From NCBI GenBank assembly GCA_036565925.1, contig DATCXH010001115.1, positions 1 to 35,968 on the forward strand: DNA of 35,968 nt. Direction: 5' to 3'. Every line of letters starts with the position of its first letter. Position 1 is the stretch's first letter. The notes under the pieces are model-generated. The model searched no databases and had not been told where the DNA came from. It worked only from the letters and a program-made list of their open reading frames with translations. Both the position numbers and the translations under genes were made by a program. The stretch comes from Vicinamibacterales bacterium (GTDB lineage Bacteria > Acidobacteriota > Vicinamibacteria > Vicinamibacterales > UBA2999). Below are positions 23,210 to 30,955 of the stretch, one piece after another.

Positions 23210-23966
23210 TAGTCCATCCGCAGTCGCCTTTATCCCCGCTCGCGTGGGATCGAAGCGGGTCCCCGGGAAGAACATCCGGCTGCTCGGCGGTCATCCGATG
23301 ATTGCCTACACGATCGGTCCGGCACTCGAGAGCAAGGTCTTCGACGCCGTCATCGTCTCGACTGATTCAGAAGAGATTGCCGCGATTGCGCGCCACTACG
23401 GCGCCGAAGTGCCATTCCTTCGTCCACCTGCGCTCGCCAGCGACACCTCGCCCGACATCGAGTGGCTCGAGTACACCATTGGTGAGCTGAGCGCACACGG
23501 ACGCAACTGGGACTGCTTCAGTTTGCTGCGTCCGACCAGTCCGTTTCGCACCGCGGATACCATTCGACGCGCGTGGGCGACGTTCGCGGCTCAGGAAGGC
23601 GTCGATTCGTTGCGAGCGGTCGAGTTGTGTACGCAGCATCCGGGAAAGATGTGGGTGGTGCGCGGGCAGCGGATGTCTCCGTTGTTGCCATTCGGTAACG
23701 GGGATCAACCGTGGCACAGCACGCCGTACCAAGCGCTGCCTCGAGTATTTGTGCAAAACGCGTCCCTCGAGATCGCGTGGACGCGTGTCGTGCGCGAGCG
23801 GAGGACGATTGCCGGTGATGTCCTCGTGCCGTTTCTCACCGAAGGCTACGAAGGTTTTGATATCAATGACGCCTTTGACTGGATGGTGGCCGAGCGGCTC
23901 CTCGTCGAAGGGAAAGTAACCTTGCCAACCGTGAACACCGAGCCTTATGGGACTATGAAGGTTTAG
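23196..23966 (+). CDS. Acylneuraminate cytidylyltransferase family protein (CMP-nonulosonic/ulosonic acid synthetase, NeuA/KdsB-like)
   Basis: The N-terminal AFIPARVGSKRVPGKN matches the 'IPARxGSKxxxxKN' signature. Also LRPTSPFR. Length is 256 aa. Confidence 0.88.
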   Translation: MERGTSPSAVAFIPARVGSKRVPGKNIRLLGGHPMIAYTIGPALESKVFDAVIVSTDSEEIAAIARHYGAEVPFLRPPALASDTSPDIEWLEYTIGELSAHGRNWDCFSLLRPTSPFRTADTIRRAWATFAAQEGVDSLRAVELCTQHPGKMWVVRGQRMSPLLPFGNGDQPWHSTPYQALPRVFVQNASLEIAWTRVVRERRTIAGDVLVPFLTEGYEGFDINDAFDWMVAERLLVEGKVTLPTVNTEPYGTMKV

Positions 23967-24073
23967 TGGTAAGTCTTTCATAGTTCGCTGTGGCCGCTCC
24001 GTTGTCGCGGCCAGGTAATCGCGGTCGAAGGCTGGTTGTGACTCGTATGGTTTCGGTATATACGGACCACTAG

Positions 24074-26020
24074 ATGGGTGATATTCAGACAGACCAGGGT
24101 GAATCGCTCGAGCTGCATTTCGTACCCGCAGACGAGTTCAACCGGCTGCTCGACGCCAACGTCTCGGACGTGGCCCGAGCGCGCGCCTTCGCCGCGCTCG
24201 CGCGCATCAACACGCTCTACATGATCGCCGGCGCGTGGTCCGGCCACATCGGGACGAGCTTCAGCTCGCTCGAGATCATGAGCTGGGTGTTCCTGAACGA
24301 GATGCGCGATCTCAAGAAGGGCCCGCAACAAACCGACATCTTCTTCTCGTCGAAGGGCCATGACGCCCCCGCGCTCTACAACGTGCTGATTGGTCTCGGT
24401 CTGCTCGACGAAGACAAACTCCACCAGCTGCGACGTCTGCATGGACTGCCCGGGCATCCGCACATCGAAACGCCGTACATCCAGGCCAACACCGGCTCAC
24501 TGGGTATGGGTATCTCGAAGGCGAAGGGCATGGTGCTGGCCAATCGGCTTGCCGGCGTTGAGCGCCGCGTGTTTGTGCTCACCGGCGATGGCGAGCTGCA
24601 GGAAGGCCAGTTCTGGGAGTCGCTGTCATCGGCCGCCAATCGCGGCCTGGGCGAGATCGTCGCGATCGTCGACCACAACAAGATTCAGTCTGATACCTGG
24701 GTCGAAAACGTCAGCAGCCTTGGTGACATCGAGGCAAAGTTCCGCGCGTTCGGATGGCACGTCGCCCGCTGCGATGGTCACGACGTCGCCGCGCTCGAGA
24801 AAACGTTCCGCGCTCTGGACGATGTGGAGAATGTGCCCAAAGTGATCATTGCCGATACCGTGAAGGGAAAGGGCGTCTCCTTCATGGAAGGTCCGGCGAT
24901 GACTGAGGGCCAGCTGTACGGATATCACTCGGGTGCACCCGGCGAGAAGCAGTACACGGACGGGCTCGCCGAGCTGTTGGAGTCGGCAAACAGTCTCTTT
25001 GCGGAACTCGGCCTCGGAAAGCTGCGCACCGACACACGTCTCCGCAATCCGCGCCGGGAGCCACGCAAGACCGACAACCTGATCGCCGCGTACGAGCAGG
25101 CGCTGCTCTGGCAAGGCGAGCGTCATCGCAACCTGGTCGTCCTCGATGCGGATCTCATCAAGGACTGCGGCCTCGTGCAGTTCTCGAAGCGCTATCCCGA
25201 TCGTTTCGTCGAGTGCGGCATCGCCGAGCAGGACATGGTGTCGATGGCGAGCGGCATGGCGCGTCGCGGCGTGCTGCCGATCGTGCATTCGTTCGCATGC
25301 TTCCTGTCAGCGCGTCCCAACGAGCAGATCTACAACCAGTGCACCGAGGGGACGAAGGTCATCTACGTTGGTTCACTGGCGGGGTTGATCCCTGGCGGCC
25401 CCGGCCACTCACATCAGTCGGTGCGCGACATCTCGGCGCTGCGCGGCGTGCCGAATCTGTCGCTGCTCGAGCCGTGCATGGAAGCGGAGGTCGGTGCGCT
25501 GGTGGACTACGCGGTCAATGCCGCCGTGGACAGCGTCTATCTCCGACTCGTGTCGGTGAAGTGGCCGATCCCGTTTGGTTATCCGTCGCATCACAAAGTC
25601 GAGATCGGCAAAGGCTGGGTCGTCCGCGATGGTGACGATGCGATCTGCTTCGGGTATGGACCGTGGCTGATGGCAAGCGCGTATGAGGCCGTCGAGGAGA
25701 TCGAGAAGAGCACCGGCGCGACGATTCGGCTGGTGAACCTCCCATGGCTCAATCGCATTGATTTGCGGTGGCTGCGCGAGGTGGTCGGCGGACGACGATC
25801 GATCGTGACGCTCGACAATCACTATCTGAAAGGCGGGCAGGGCGAGATGGTTGCCACGGCGATCGCCGAGCTTGGCCTCGAGCCGGCCGCCCGCGTCTGG
25901 CGCGTCGGCGTCATGGCGCTGCCGCAGTGCGGCACCAACGACGAGGTGCTCGCACATCACAAGCTCGATGTCGCCAGTCTTGTCTCGAGCTTCAAACGGG
26001 CGGTGCCGCAGATCGCATGA
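24074..26020 (+). CDS. Transketolase-family ThDP enzyme (N- and C-terminal halves fused in one 648-aa protein)
   Basis: GHIGTSFSSLEIM, GSLGMGISKAKG and GDGELQEGQFWE...VDHNKIQ (ThDP/Mg motif). The pyrimidine-binding half carries ECGIAEQDMVSMASGMA and GPGHSHQS. Confidence 0.9.
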   Translation: MGDIQTDQGESLELHFVPADEFNRLLDANVSDVARARAFAALARINTLYMIAGAWSGHIGTSFSSLEIMSWVFLNEMRDLKKGPQQTDIFFSSKGHDAPALYNVLIGLGLLDEDKLHQLRRLHGLPGHPHIETPYIQANTGSLGMGISKAKGMVLANRLAGVERRVFVLTGDGELQEGQFWESLSSAANRGLGEIVAIVDHNKIQSDTWVENVSSLGDIEAKFRAFGWHVARCDGHDVAALEKTFRALDDVENVPKVIIADTVKGKGVSFMEGPAMTEGQLYGYHSGAPGEKQYTDGLAELLESANSLFAELGLGKLRTDTRLRNPRREPRKTDNLIAAYEQALLWQGERHRNLVVLDADLIKDCGLVQFSKRYPDRFVECGIAEQDMVSMASGMARRGVLPIVHSFACFLSARPNEQIYNQCTEGTKVIYVGSLAGLIPGGPGHSHQSVRDISALRGVPNLSLLEPCMEAEVGALVDYAVNAAVDSVYLRLVSVKWPIPFGYPSHHKVEIGKGWVVRDGDDAICFGYGPWLMASAYEAVEEIEKSTGATIRLVNLPWLNRIDLRWLREVVGGRRSIVTLDNHYLKGGQGEMVATAIAELGLEPAARVWRVGVMALPQCGTNDEVLAHHKLDVASLVSSFKRAVPQIA

Positions 26021-26700
26021 TCGTGCTGTTCTGGGATATTGACGGCACGCTGCTGACCACGGGCAAGGCAGGCGTTCCGGCGTGGGAGCAGGCTGTCCGC
26101 GAGATCGTGCAGCGTGATTTCGAACTGGCGTCCTTTCGCGTTGCCGGGATGACCGACTATCAGATCGCGGTGCGCACGTTCGAGATGCTCGACGTCCCGG
26201 TGGACGAGGCCACGATTCACAAGATGGTGGGTCGCTACGAGGCGCTGCTGCCGCAGGAGTTGCCGAAGAAGCAGGGCCGGGTGCTGCCCAACGTGCGTGA
26301 AATTCTCGAACTCATGAGCGGCCGATCCGATGTGCGCTCGTATCTGCTCACCGGCAACACACGCGGCGGTGCGCGGGCCAAGCTCACGCACTACAACCTG
26401 TTTCACTACTTCATCGACGGCGCGTTTGCCGAGGACGCCGGCGCGCGCTCGACGATTGCCACGCGGGCGCTGCAGCTTGCCCGAGACGCTGGTCCAGTTG
26501 CCGACAACGGGATCTTCGTCGTCGGCGACACGCCGCACGATATCGATTGCGCAAATGCGATCGGCGCGAGGACCGTCGCCGTGGCGACGGGCGGCTATTC
26601 GCTCGACGAGCTTCAATCGCATCGGCCGTGGCGTGCGTTCGACGAGCTGCCCGCGGCGGAAGAATTCGCCCGTCTCATCGACGAGGCGCGGCAGGGATGA
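26017..26700 (+). CDS. HAD-superfamily hydrolase (subfamily IA, phosphatase-like)
   Basis: The ATG at 26017 overlaps the transketolase TGA (ATGA). MIVLFWDIDGTLL is motif I (DxDGT), LLTGN is motif II and VGDTPHDIDCA is motif IV. The track start at 25768 is an upstream same-frame extension. Confidence 0.88.
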   Translation: MIVLFWDIDGTLLTTGKAGVPAWEQAVREIVQRDFELASFRVAGMTDYQIAVRTFEMLDVPVDEATIHKMVGRYEALLPQELPKKQGRVLPNVREILELMSGRSDVRSYLLTGNTRGGARAKLTHYNLFHYFIDGAFAEDAGARSTIATRALQLARDAGPVADNGIFVVGDTPHDIDCANAIGARTVAVATGGYSLDELQSHRPWRAFDELPAAEEFARLIDEARQG

Positions 26701-28412
26701 AGCACGGGATTCGCCGCGTGCCGCAGCTGTGGCGTGCGACGCGGCTGGCGCGCCGCTGGTATCACGCGCGCGCGGGTGCGTATCCCGACTGGCAGCAGCT
26801 GATCGCCGCGGACTCAGCGCGCTGGCAATCGGCACGTGCGGCCGCGGCCAATGGTCCGCGCGTACTGTTCGCGACGGCGATCGGGTCGTACGCGCACGCG
26901 GTTACGCTCGAGAGCGCGCTTGCCGCGGCGCTGACGTTCCGCGGCGCCAACGTGCACGTCCTGCTCTGCGACGGAGCGATGACAGCCTGCGCCGAATGCG
27001 AGGCATCGCTCTATCCCAACGTCGCGCGGTTTGCTGAGCACGGACCGGCACGAGACCTGTGCCGCGATTGTCAGTGGCCGGCCGAGCGCGTCTATCAGCA
27101 GCTCGGACTCACGATTCATCGCTACGGCGACTGGCTGACTACCGAAGACCGCGCCCAGGCCCGTCATCTGGCGACGTCGATCGCGTTCGAACAGATCGAA
27201 GGGTTGACAGTTGACGGGCTGGCCATCGGTGAGCATGCGTATGCCGGTGCGTTGCGCTTCTTCGCGACCGGATCACTGGACGATCAGCCGCACGGCGAAG
27301 CGGTCCTGCGTCGGTATCTCGAGTCGGCGCTGCTGACGGCGTTCGCCACACGGCAACTGATCCGATCGGTCGGATTTACGTCGGCGGTCTTCACGCATGG
27401 CATCTACGTACCGTGGGGCCTCATCGGTGAGGTGGCACGTCAGGAGCGCGTGAAAGTGTCGACGTGGAACGTCGCCTATCGCAAGCGGCGCTTCATCTTC
27501 AGCCACGACGACACGTATCACCACACGCTGATGAGCGAGCCGTTGTCGCACTGGGAGAACCACGAGCTCTCGCCTGCGCAGGAACAGGATCTGATGCAGT
27601 ACCTCGCCAGTCGCCGCGAGGGCATGTTCGACTGGATCGTCTTCCATCGCCCGACCACCCAGAAGGCCGACGATATCGCCGCGAAGGTCGGGCTCGATCG
27701 CACACGGCCGGTGATCGGCCTGCTGACGAATGTCTCGTGGGACGCGCAGTTGCACTATCCGGCGAACGCCTTCGTCGACATGCTGGACTGGCTGGTGCAG
27801 ACGTGCCGCTACTTCGCGACGCGTCCCGATCTGCAGTTGCTGGTGCGCGTGCACCCAGCCGAGATCAGCGGGTTCCCGCCGTCCCGCCAACCGATCCTCG
27901 GTGAACTGCGGAAGCACATCCCGACGCTCGCGCCAAACATCCATATCGTGCCGCCCGAGAGCGGATTGAGCACCTACGCGCTGATGTCTCTGTGCAACAG
28001 CGCGATCATTTACGGCACGAAGATGGGCGTCGAATTGACCGCGGTCGGGCTGCCGGTGATCGTCGCGGGTGAGGCATGGATCCGCAACAAAGGGTTGACC
28101 CACGATGCGACCACGCCGGAGGAATACTTCAAGATCCTCGAACGTCTGCCATTTCCCGAGCGCCTTGGTCCCGCCCAGCTCTCCAGGGCCCGCCGTTACG
28201 CCTACCATTTCTTCTTCAACCGGATGATTCCGCTTCCCTTTATCCAACCCAAGGCGGGATATCCGATCTATAGCCTCAAGCTCGAGGCTTTGAAGCACCT
28301 CCTTCCCGGCGAATCCGAAGGACTGGATACAATCTGCGACGGCATCCTCGGCAAGGGGCCATTCGTCCTGTGCGACAAGGCCGCCCACACGCCGCAGCTT
28401 GTGAATTCGTGA
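26697..28412 (+). CDS. Large GT-B-like protein, possibly capsule-polysaccharide-biosynthesis (KpsC/KpsS-type) family; candidate ulosonic-acid transferase
   Basis: The ATG at 26697 overlaps the HAD TGA (ATGA). The protein is 571 aa with a Rossmann-like N-terminus (PRVLFATAIGSYAH), a Cys cluster (CDGAMTACAEC...CRDC) and a C-terminal GT-B-like block (LLVRVHPAE..., NSAIIYGTKMGVELTAVGLPVIVAG). Family assignment is by architecture and context only. Confidence 0.55.
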   Translation: MKHGIRRVPQLWRATRLARRWYHARAGAYPDWQQLIAADSARWQSARAAAANGPRVLFATAIGSYAHAVTLESALAAALTFRGANVHVLLCDGAMTACAECEASLYPNVARFAEHGPARDLCRDCQWPAERVYQQLGLTIHRYGDWLTTEDRAQARHLATSIAFEQIEGLTVDGLAIGEHAYAGALRFFATGSLDDQPHGEAVLRRYLESALLTAFATRQLIRSVGFTSAVFTHGIYVPWGLIGEVARQERVKVSTWNVAYRKRRFIFSHDDTYHHTLMSEPLSHWENHELSPAQEQDLMQYLASRREGMFDWIVFHRPTTQKADDIAAKVGLDRTRPVIGLLTNVSWDAQLHYPANAFVDMLDWLVQTCRYFATRPDLQLLVRVHPAEISGFPPSRQPILGELRKHIPTLAPNIHIVPPESGLSTYALMSLCNSAIIYGTKMGVELTAVGLPVIVAGEAWIRNKGLTHDATTPEEYFKILERLPFPERLGPAQLSRARRYAYHFFFNRMIPLPFIQPKAGYPIYSLKLEALKHLLPGESEGLDTICDGILGKGPFVLCDKAAHTPQLVNS

Positions 28413-28428
28413 CGCAGCGACGCCGGTC

Positions 28429-30222
28429 GTGATTACAGCTCTCAGTTTCGTGATTGCCACCGCCACGGCGGTGGCGATGGGCGCGGTTGTACGCCGCATT
28501 GCGCCTGTGGTCGGCGCGGTGGTGCCGCCACGCCCGGATCGGTGGAGCAGTGCGCCGACGCCGACCATGGGCGGGATCGCGATCGCGATCGGCACGCTCG
28601 GCGGCTTCATTCTGGTCGGATTGGCCAGTCCGGACGCCGCGTCCGCGAGCTCGGCGTGGGCCTGGGTGCTCCTCGCCGCGCTTGGCATGTTCGTCGTCGG
28701 CTTCTATGACGATCGGCTGCAGCTGTCGCCGATCGCCAAGCTCGTCGCATCGCTTGTCATCGGTGCGTTCCTCGTGTTCGCGTTGTCCGGCGCTGACCCT
28801 GATAGCGCGCTGCCGCCCGAGTACACGCTGGTCGGCACCATCTGGTTCGCCGGGCTCTGCCACGCGATGAACCTGCTCGACAACATGGACGGCCTGGCGA
28901 CTGGCGTCGCCATCATCGCCACCACGTTTCTCGCCACGCTGCTCAGCCCACTTCTTGGCCCGATGCTGGTGGCGCTGCTGGTGTCGCTGGCCGGCGCGCT
29001 GGTTGGATTCCTTTTCTGGAATCGTCCGCGGGCCCGGCTGTTCATGGGCGATTGCGGCAGCCTTTTCATCGGCGCGATGCTCGCGGGTTCGTCACTCGTG
29101 CCGATCTTCAACGCCCGCGTGGCGTTCGTCAGCCCGGCGGTGCTGGTTGTGTTGATCCTCGTCGTGCCGCTTTTCGACACGGCGTTCGTTCTCGTGCTGC
29201 GGCGGCTTGCCGGCCGCAAGGCGAGCAAGGGCGGCACCGATCACGTGTCGCACCGGCTCGTGTCGCTTGGCTTCTCGGAGCGCAGCGCGGTTCGGATCCT
29301 GTATCTCTTCGCGCTCATTGGCGGGCTGGCGGCGTGGGGAATTCAGAAGTGGAGTGCGGTCGAGCCGATGATGCCATTCGTGGCGTTGTTCGGTGTGATC
29401 GTGATCCTGATCGGCATCTATCTCGCGCGCGTGCCGGCCTATAACGCGCAGGACTTCATCGCGCTGCAGAAGTCCTCGTTCGCGCCGTTCCTCAAAGATC
29501 TGGCATTCCGCTGGCACGCGGGGCAGGTGATGCTCGACCTGGTGCTCATCACCGTGTGCTACTACGTCGCCTACCGGCTGCGTTTCGAGGGCGAGAGCCT
29601 CGATCCGTTTCTGCAGTACTTTCTCTCCACGCTGCCGATCGTGCTCGGGTGCAAGCTGCTGGCACTGCTGGCGTCTGGACTGTACCAACGCTCGTGGGAT
29701 ACGTTCGGCCTTCGCGATCTGACGACGGTGGTGCGAGGTGTGGGCATCGGATCGCTACTCACCGTGGCGGCGTCCTACTACCTCTATCGCGGCGAGGGCT
29801 CGTCACGCGTCGTCTTCGTGCTTGACGCGCTGCTGCTCGGGGCCGCGATCATCGCAACGCGCGTCTCGTTCCAGGCCATGAACCTGTTGGCCTCTGAGCG
29901 AAACAAGAAAAGCCGGCGCGTGCTGGTCTACGGCGCCGGTGGCTACGGCCGGCTGTTAGTGCGTGAGATGCGCGCCAACTCGGCGTGGCGCATGAACCCG
30001 GTAGGATTCATAGACGACGACCCGATGAAGGCGCATCGCTGGATTGTTGGCGTGCCGGTGCACGGTGCGATCGATCAGCTCGAGCAAGTGATGCGCGTGT
30101 ACAACGTCGATGAAGTCCTCCTCAGCAGCCCGGCGATCAATGGCAATGTTGAAGTCAGGATTCGTGAGATCTGCATGGTGCTGCAGAGACCTGTGCGCCG
30201 GTTGCGCATGGAGATCTCGTAG
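28429..30222 (+). CDS. Polyprenyl-phosphate HexNAc-1-phosphate transferase (MraY/WecA superfamily, GT4-type PNPT) fused to a C-terminal 4-TM plus Rossmann-like module typical of WbaP/CapD N-termini
   Basis: PNPT motifs are FYDDRLQLSPIAKL, NLLDNMDGLATG, FMGDCGSLFIG, VPLFDTAFVLVLRR and TDHVSHRL. The C-terminal part has 4 further TM segments followed by RRVLVYGAGGYGRLLVREM...NPVGFIDDDP...GVPVHG...VDEVLLSSP. Confidence 0.88.
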   Translation: MITALSFVIATATAVAMGAVVRRIAPVVGAVVPPRPDRWSSAPTPTMGGIAIAIGTLGGFILVGLASPDAASASSAWAWVLLAALGMFVVGFYDDRLQLSPIAKLVASLVIGAFLVFALSGADPDSALPPEYTLVGTIWFAGLCHAMNLLDNMDGLATGVAIIATTFLATLLSPLLGPMLVALLVSLAGALVGFLFWNRPRARLFMGDCGSLFIGAMLAGSSLVPIFNARVAFVSPAVLVVLILVVPLFDTAFVLVLRRLAGRKASKGGTDHVSHRLVSLGFSERSAVRILYLFALIGGLAAWGIQKWSAVEPMMPFVALFGVIVILIGIYLARVPAYNAQDFIALQKSSFAPFLKDLAFRWHAGQVMLDLVLITVCYYVAYRLRFEGESLDPFLQYFLSTLPIVLGCKLLALLASGLYQRSWDTFGLRDLTTVVRGVGIGSLLTVAASYYLYRGEGSSRVVFVLDALLLGAAIIATRVSFQAMNLLASERNKKSRRVLVYGAGGYGRLLVREMRANSAWRMNPVGFIDDDPMKAHRWIVGVPVHGAIDQLEQVMRVYNVDEVLLSSPAINGNVEVRIREICMVLQRPVRRLRMEIS

Positions 30223-30265
30223 TGTGGTACTCAAGGTCTCTCAACACGACTCAAACAGTGACGAC

Positions 30266-30291
30266 GAAACGCGGAGCGCGGAAACGCGGAG
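30266..30291. repeat. Direct repeat of GAAACGCGGAG (two copies), left partner of an inverted repeat pair flanking the SMI1/KNR4 gene
   Basis: GAAACGCGGAG occurs at 30266..30276 and 30281..30291. Its reverse complement matches the tandem CTCCGCGT / CTCCGCGTTC at 30913..30930. Confidence 0.6.
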
Positions 30292-30350
30292 ATTCATTAG
30301 CAGTCCGCGGTGAAAGCCACGCGGGCGATCAGCTCGTCAACTTCGCCCAC

Positions 30351-30800
30351 ATGACCACAGTTACTTTCGAGCAGTTTCTCAGTCAGAACAAATCGCGCTT
30401 TGCGCGGATCGACGCAGAGTCCACCGCGACAATCCATCCCAATGCGCCCGTGGATGACCGGCACATCAACGCGGCGGAGATGCGACTCGGCGTCCAGCTG
30501 CCGGCGTCGTACAAAACATTTCTCCGTGTGTGCGGCTCCGGCCAATGGTGCGGCGGCGCCGGAAGACGTCTATCCCTTCGACCAGGACACGGTGACTGGG
30601 AGGGTTTCGTTGCGCTTGTCCACAACGTCGGCGGATTGGGCAACTTCGTCGCCATGAATCCGCGTGAGCAGACGGCGCCCGGGGAATGGGCTCTCTATTA
30701 TTGCTCGCACGATCCGTTCGGATTCGGCAGGATCGCGGACTCGTTCGAATCGTGGACGCGCGAGGCAGTCACCGCGTTCGAGGAGAACGACGATCTGTAG
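30351..30800 (+). CDS. SMI1/KNR4 (SUKH-1) family protein
   Basis: ATG at 30351 (MTTVTFEQFL...). AEMRLGVQLPASYKTFLRVCG matches the SUKH N-terminal 'lg..LP.dYk.fl...nG' signature. Followed by GGLGNFVAMNP and an acidic C-terminus. The start of the gene is visibly lower in GC than its neighbours. Confidence 0.72.
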   Translation: MTTVTFEQFLSQNKSRFARIDAESTATIHPNAPVDDRHINAAEMRLGVQLPASYKTFLRVCGSGQWCGGAGRRLSLRPGHGDWEGFVALVHNVGGLGNFVAMNPREQTAPGEWALYYCSHDPFGFGRIADSFESWTREAVTAFEENDDL

Positions 30801-30912
30801 GGAAAGGCGGCCGACGACGTCGAGCAGACATGGCGCAGCTTTCGAACGAAGACCAAGAAGTGGTGGCAGTTCTGGCGCTGACGGTCCCCGCCCGACCGGC
30901 TAGACTAAATAG

Positions 30913-30930
30913 CTCCGCGTCTCCGCGTTC
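30913..30930. repeat. Tandem CTCCGCGT / CTCCGCGTTC, right partner of the inverted repeat pair flanking the SMI1/KNR4 gene
   Basis: CTCCGCGT at 30913..30920 and CTCCGCGTTC at 30921..30930. The reverse complement is GAACGCGGAG-ACGCGGAG. Confidence 0.6.
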
Positions 30931-30955
30931 CGTGGACATGTGTGCGCTGTGGTAA

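Noticed and set aside
22964-23294. Small ORFs across the GTTC/GAAC array: 22964..23212 (+), 22942..23127 (-), 22946..23275 (-) and 22920..23294 (-), with repetitive 'PGS.SRF' / 'TRNPEPRT' peptides.
   Set aside because: The repetitive peptides are simply translations of the heptamer repeat and are open in several frames on both strands. There is no start context or domain, so I treat the region as non-coding repeat.
24036-24062. Possible sigma70-like promoter TTGTGA (24036..24041) ... TATATA (24057..24062) in the lower-GC spacer upstream of the transketolase gene.
   Set aside because: The spacing is only about 15 nt, the hexamers are imperfect, and the promoter consensus of the host lineage is unknown. 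This is not enough support to call it a feature, though it is worth checking with TSS mapping.
30520-30660. Possible compensating frameshifts in the SMI1/KNR4 gene. The alternate frame (ORF 30400..30657) reads '...PEDVYPFDQDTV...', which looks more protein-like than the main-frame 'GAGRRLSLRPGHG'.
   Set aside because: The main frame is uninterrupted and has good SUKH-like sequence on both sides. Without an alignment to homologs I cannot show a frameshift, so I left it as an intact CDS with moderate confidence.
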